Positions 60,732 to 64,000 of a stretch of 64,000 nucleotides of DNA are shown here, in pieces. The notes below the pieces were generated by a model that made no database searches, had not been told where the DNA came from, and was given only the letters and a program-made list of their open reading frames with translations. The position numbers and the translations under genes are program-made. Source of the stretch: an uncultured Gemmatimonadales bacterium (GTDB lineage: Bacteria > Gemmatimonadota > Gemmatimonadetes > Longimicrobiales > Gaopeijiaceae); contig CAWELD010000003.1 in NCBI GenBank assembly GCA_963809895.1, positions 352,001 to 416,000 of the forward strand, written 5' to 3'. The stretch's first letter is position 1, and every line of letters starts with the position of its first letter.

Positions 60732-63700
60732 CTACTCGGGGCCTCGCTCGCGGTACTCGCCCGGAGTGCACCCGAAGTGCCGCTTGAAGCTCCGGGTGAA
60801 GTGGGCCTGGTCGCTGAATCCGGTCTCGTACGCGATCCGGCCCAGGGAGTGCGAGCCGGCCTCGATCAGGTCCGCGGCCCGCTGGAGCCGCATGCCCCGG
60901 ACGAGCGTCCCCGGCGCCTGACCGAGCAGGGCCGTGAGCTTCCGGTGGAGCTGCGAGCGGCTCATGGCCACCGCCGCTGCCAGCTCCTCGACGGAAAAGC
61001 CCTGGTCGGCCATCCGCTCCTCGATCACCCGGCTCACCGAAGCCAGGAACTTCTGGTCGAGCGAGGTCCCCCCGACCTCCTCGGGCTTCAACCACAGCTC
61101 GCCGGCGTAACGAGCCCGGAGCAGCCGTCGGAGCTCCAACAGGCTGTGCACCCGACTCCGGAGCACACGCGCGCTGAACGGCTTGCCGAGATAGTCGTCC
61201 ACGCCGCTCTCCAGCCCCTCGACCCTGGCGTCGTCCGACACGCGGCCCGTCAGCATGACGATGGGAACGTGGCTCGTGCGCTCGTCGGCCCGGAGCCGTC
61301 GGGCCAGCTCCTTGCCGTCCATGCCCGGCATCCCGACGTCGGTGATCACCAGATCGGGGACGAGCTCGATGGCCCGGGCCAGCCCCGCAGCGCCGTCCGC
61401 GGCCTCCTCGATCCGATAGTCGGTGACCAGCTCCTGGCGCAGGAAGGCCCGGGTGTCTTCGTGGTCCTCCACGATGAGGACGATGGGGGGTTCGCCGTCC
61501 ACGGCGTCAGGCTCTTCGTCGGGTTCGCGATCCGCGTCGTCCGGAGCCGTGGGCGCCGCGGCGGGGGGGGTGTCCAGCGTCGCCCCATCCCGATCCAGCG
61601 GCAGCCGGATGTCGAAGCGAGTGCCCCGGCCCAGCTCGCTTTCGACGGTGATCGTCCCCCCGTGGAGCTCCACCAGCTCCCGCACCAACGCAAGCCCGAT
61701 CCCGGTACCCCCGGCCGGCGCGCCGGGCCTGGCAGCCACCTGATAGAAGCGGTCGAAGATCTGCGTCCGCGCCTCCGGAGGAATGCCCACTCCCGTATCC
61801 TCCACGGCGACGAGGGCGGCAGGAGCGCCGTCGTGACTCTCATGGTTCCCGTCACCGCTGTCACCACGGGGCACCTCACGCACCCGAGCCACGATCTCGC
61901 CTCCGTGGGGCGTGAACTTCAGGGCGTTGGAGAGGAGGTTGTTGACCACGCGTCGCATGCGATCGGGATCGAAGTGTGCCATGAGCGTGTCGAGATGCGA
62001 CTCCACTCGGAGCTCCACTCCCGCGGCGTCGGCTGCCGAACTGAAGTCGGCCACGGCGCGTCGCACCAGCTCGACCAGATCGCCCGCACGGAGGTCCAGC
62101 TCCAGGGCGCCCGCTTCGTAGCGCGACAGCTCCAGGAGCTCGTCGGTGAGCCGCTGGAGCTCCCGGGTCTGCCGCTCGGCCATGTCCAGCTTGCTGTCGG
62201 TGCCTGCGACGGTCCCCGGCACCGCACCCCGATCCTCCCGGGCCGACTCGATCTGTCCGAGGATGAGCGCCAGTGGCGTGCGATACTCGTGCGAGAGGTT
62301 GGCGAAGAGCCGCGAGCGGGTGTCGGCGAGCTCCCTGAGCCGGCGAGCTTCGGCTTGCTCCCGATCCAGGGTCGCGGCGAAGCGCCGCCGCCGGAGCTCC
62401 ATCGCCCGCACGAGGACGAGGGTGCCGAGCGCGAGGCTGGTCCAGAGGATCAGAGCCCAGGGCCGTCGCCACCAGGGCGACAGAATGTGGAAGGCGAACA
62501 CCGCCTCGTCGCTCCACACCCCGTTGGCGCTCGCGGCGCGCACGCGAAACCGGTAGCTCCCGGGCGCGAGGTTGGTGTAGCGCGCCCGCCGCTCGGTTCC
62601 CACCTGACGCCACGCCTCCTCCTGGCCGTCGAGACGGTAGGCGTAGGTGTTGGAGGCGGGGTCGGCGAAGTGGAGGCCCGTGTATTCGAAGATCAGGTCG
62701 CGGTCGGAGCTCGCGAGCTCGGGAGCGGCGGTCGACAGGTCCAGATCTCCTGCTCCCACCGCCTCCACCCGGTCGATCCGGATACGGGGCGGATGAGGGT
62801 TCCCTGCCGCCCCGGCGGGCTCGAATCGGAGGATGGCCCGCTCCAGACCGAAGGCCGCCACCCGTCCGTCGGCTGATGCCCACGCGCCCCCCGGCTGGAA
62901 GGCGCCGGGATCGGAGCTCCCGGGGGTGGGAAGGGTGCGCAGCGGCCCGGCCCCTGGCTCGATCTCGGTGAGTCCCGTGAAGGTCGAGACCCAGAGGTGG
63001 CCGCGGTCGTCGACCGTGAAGTCTTCGACGTAGTCGGTGGGAAGCCCCGTTGAGGTGTCGAGCCACCGACCGCAGCGACCTTCGGTAGGGTCGAATGCGC
63101 ACAGCCCACGTCCGTCGGTCCCCACCCACAGGCCCCCGGCCTCGTCGAAGTGCGCCACCCCCACCACGCGCCCGCTGCTCTCGTCGGGCCCGAGCACGCT
63201 TCCGGCGGCTTCGAGCGGGCCGCCCGCCGGCTTCCGGAGCACGCGCCCGTCCTGGCGCACCATCCAGAGGGCGCCCCCAGGGCCCGTCTCGATGGCCACC
63301 ACCGACCCCGGCTGCTGCCACACGGGCTCGGTCTCCAGGCCCGCGGCCTCCACCACGCCCGATGCGGGATCCAGCCACACCACCCCCGTGGCGGTGGCGA
63401 GCCACAGGCGGTCCTCGGCCCAGGCCATGTCCCATACCTGACCCAGTGGGTCGGCGCTCGGCGGTCGAAAGGGCTCCAGCGTGGGCTCCGCCGCGTCCGG
63501 ATCGATCCTGCACAGCCCGACGTCGCGGTCCCAGTAGCCGACCCAGAGCGTCCCGTCGGGCGCGCGGAGCAGGCTCGAGAGCCACTCCAGCACGTTGGGA
63601 GCCCCCAGTCCCGGGCAGGTCCACACCGCGTCCCTCCCCTCGTCGACGCTCCAACGGACCAACGCCCCCCCGTCGCCATACCAGATCGTAGACGCGTCTG

Positions 63701-64000
63701 TCCCGAGAATCGCCCGCACCGGTGTGCTGGCCGCACGGAGGTGGAGCTCCGGCGCCTGCAGGTCTATTCGCAGGACGGCGCCCGCGTCTTCTCCCGCGCG
63801 GCGGCTGGTCGCGACCCAGAGCACGTCGTCCCGGGTGATGATGGTGGCGTTGATCCTGGGCCAGGGCGCGCCGCCTCTGGCGAGATCCACGTGTTCGAAG
63901 GTCCCCCTCGTCGGGTCGAAACGCTCGAGGCCCCGGTCGAGCGTGCCAAGCCACAGGGGGCCGGATCCGTCGGCGGTGAGGGTCATGAGGCTCGGGCTCG
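60732..64000 (-). CDS. Hybrid two-component system (propeller sensor + Y_Y_Y + His kinase + receiver + AraC), 5' partial
   Basis: YAYRLDG..YTNLAPGSY; H box SHEYRTPL, N box NLLSNALKF, DTGVGI, GTGIGL; DVGMPGMDG; AraC HTH; frame open to window edge. Confidence 0.93.
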   Translation of the reverse strand, partial: SPSLMTLTADGSGPLWLGTLDRGLERFDPTRGTFEHVDLARGGAPWPRINATIITRDDVLWVATSRRAGEDAGAVLRIDLQAPELHLRAASTPVRAILGTDASTIWYGDGGALVRWSVDEGRDAVWTCPGLGAPNVLEWLSSLLRAPDGTLWVGYWDRDVGLCRIDPDAAEPTLEPFRPPSADPLGQVWDMAWAEDRLWLATATGVVWLDPASGVVEAAGLETEPVWQQPGSVVAIETGPGGALWMVRQDGRVLRKPAGGPLEAAGSVLGPDESSGRVVGVAHFDEAGGLWVGTDGRGLCAFDPTEGRCGRWLDTSTGLPTDYVEDFTVDDRGHLWVSTFTGLTEIEPGAGPLRTLPTPGSSDPGAFQPGGAWASADGRVAAFGLERAILRFEPAGAAGNPHPPRIRIDRVEAVGAGDLDLSTAAPELASSDRDLIFEYTGLHFADPASNTYAYRLDGQEEAWRQVGTERRARYTNLAPGSYRFRVRAASANGVWSDEAVFAFHILSPWWRRPWALILWTSLALGTLVLVRAMELRRRRFAATLDREQAEARRLRELADTRSRLFANLSHEYRTPLALILGQIESAREDRGAVPGTVAGTDSKLDMAERQTRELQRLTDELLELSRYEAGALELDLRAGDLVELVRRAVADFSSAADAAGVELRVESHLDTLMAHFDPDRMRRVVNNLLSNALKFTPHGGEIVARVREVPRGDSGDGNHESHDGAPAALVAVEDTGVGIPPEARTQIFDRFYQVAARPGAPAGGTGIGLALVRELVELHGGTITVESELGRGTRFDIRLPLDRDGATLDTPPAAAPTAPDDADREPDEEPDAVDGEPPIVLIVEDHEDTRAFLRQELVTDYRIEEAADGAAGLARAIELVPDLVITDVGMPGMDGKELARRLRADERTSHVPIVMLTGRVSDDARVEGLESGVDDYLGKPFSARVLRSRVHSLLELRRLLRARYAGELWLKPEEVGGTSLDQKFLASVSRVIEERMADQGFSVEELAAAVAMSRSQLHRKLTALLGQAPGTLVRGMRLQRAADLIEAGSHSLGRIAYETGFSDQAHFTRSFKRHFGCTPGEYRERGPE

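Overview
High-GC bacterial chromosomal segment. Gene style suggests Gemmatimonadota/Longimicrobiales (SusC/SusD pair, GWxTD-like and carboxypeptidase-regulatory/plug proteins); this is inference, not a database result. About 55 kb is core genome. It holds mutM-purD, a Cys/Met PLP enzyme, glmM-glmS-dtd-maf-glpK, a variant cytochrome c maturation cluster (ccmE[CxxxY]-F-zinc ribbon-A-B-C-D), ltaE, a putative major outer-membrane protein, recA-alaS, gmhA, cca, rarA, hflX and pdxJ. It also holds the conserved ispE-tRNA-Gln-prs-rplY-pth-ychF string, interrupted by a SusCD block and an hppA/M20/flotillin block. After ychF the region becomes accessory. It opens with the best candidate for an undescribed toxin-antitoxin/defence system: a lower-GC, translationally coupled pair made of a wHTH + degenerate nucleotidyltransferase-fold + helical protein and a DUF6036/AbiEii-like nucleotidyltransferase. 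The pair has its own sigma70 promoter overlapped by two ATAC-N4-GTAT palindromes and abuts a decapitated gene remnant. A SAM methyltransferase, an Ig/PQQ-propeller lipoprotein, a stand-alone AraC HTH and a partial hybrid two-component sensor follow. No CRISPR array, rRNA, integrase or transposase was seen. All family calls come from motifs read by eye.
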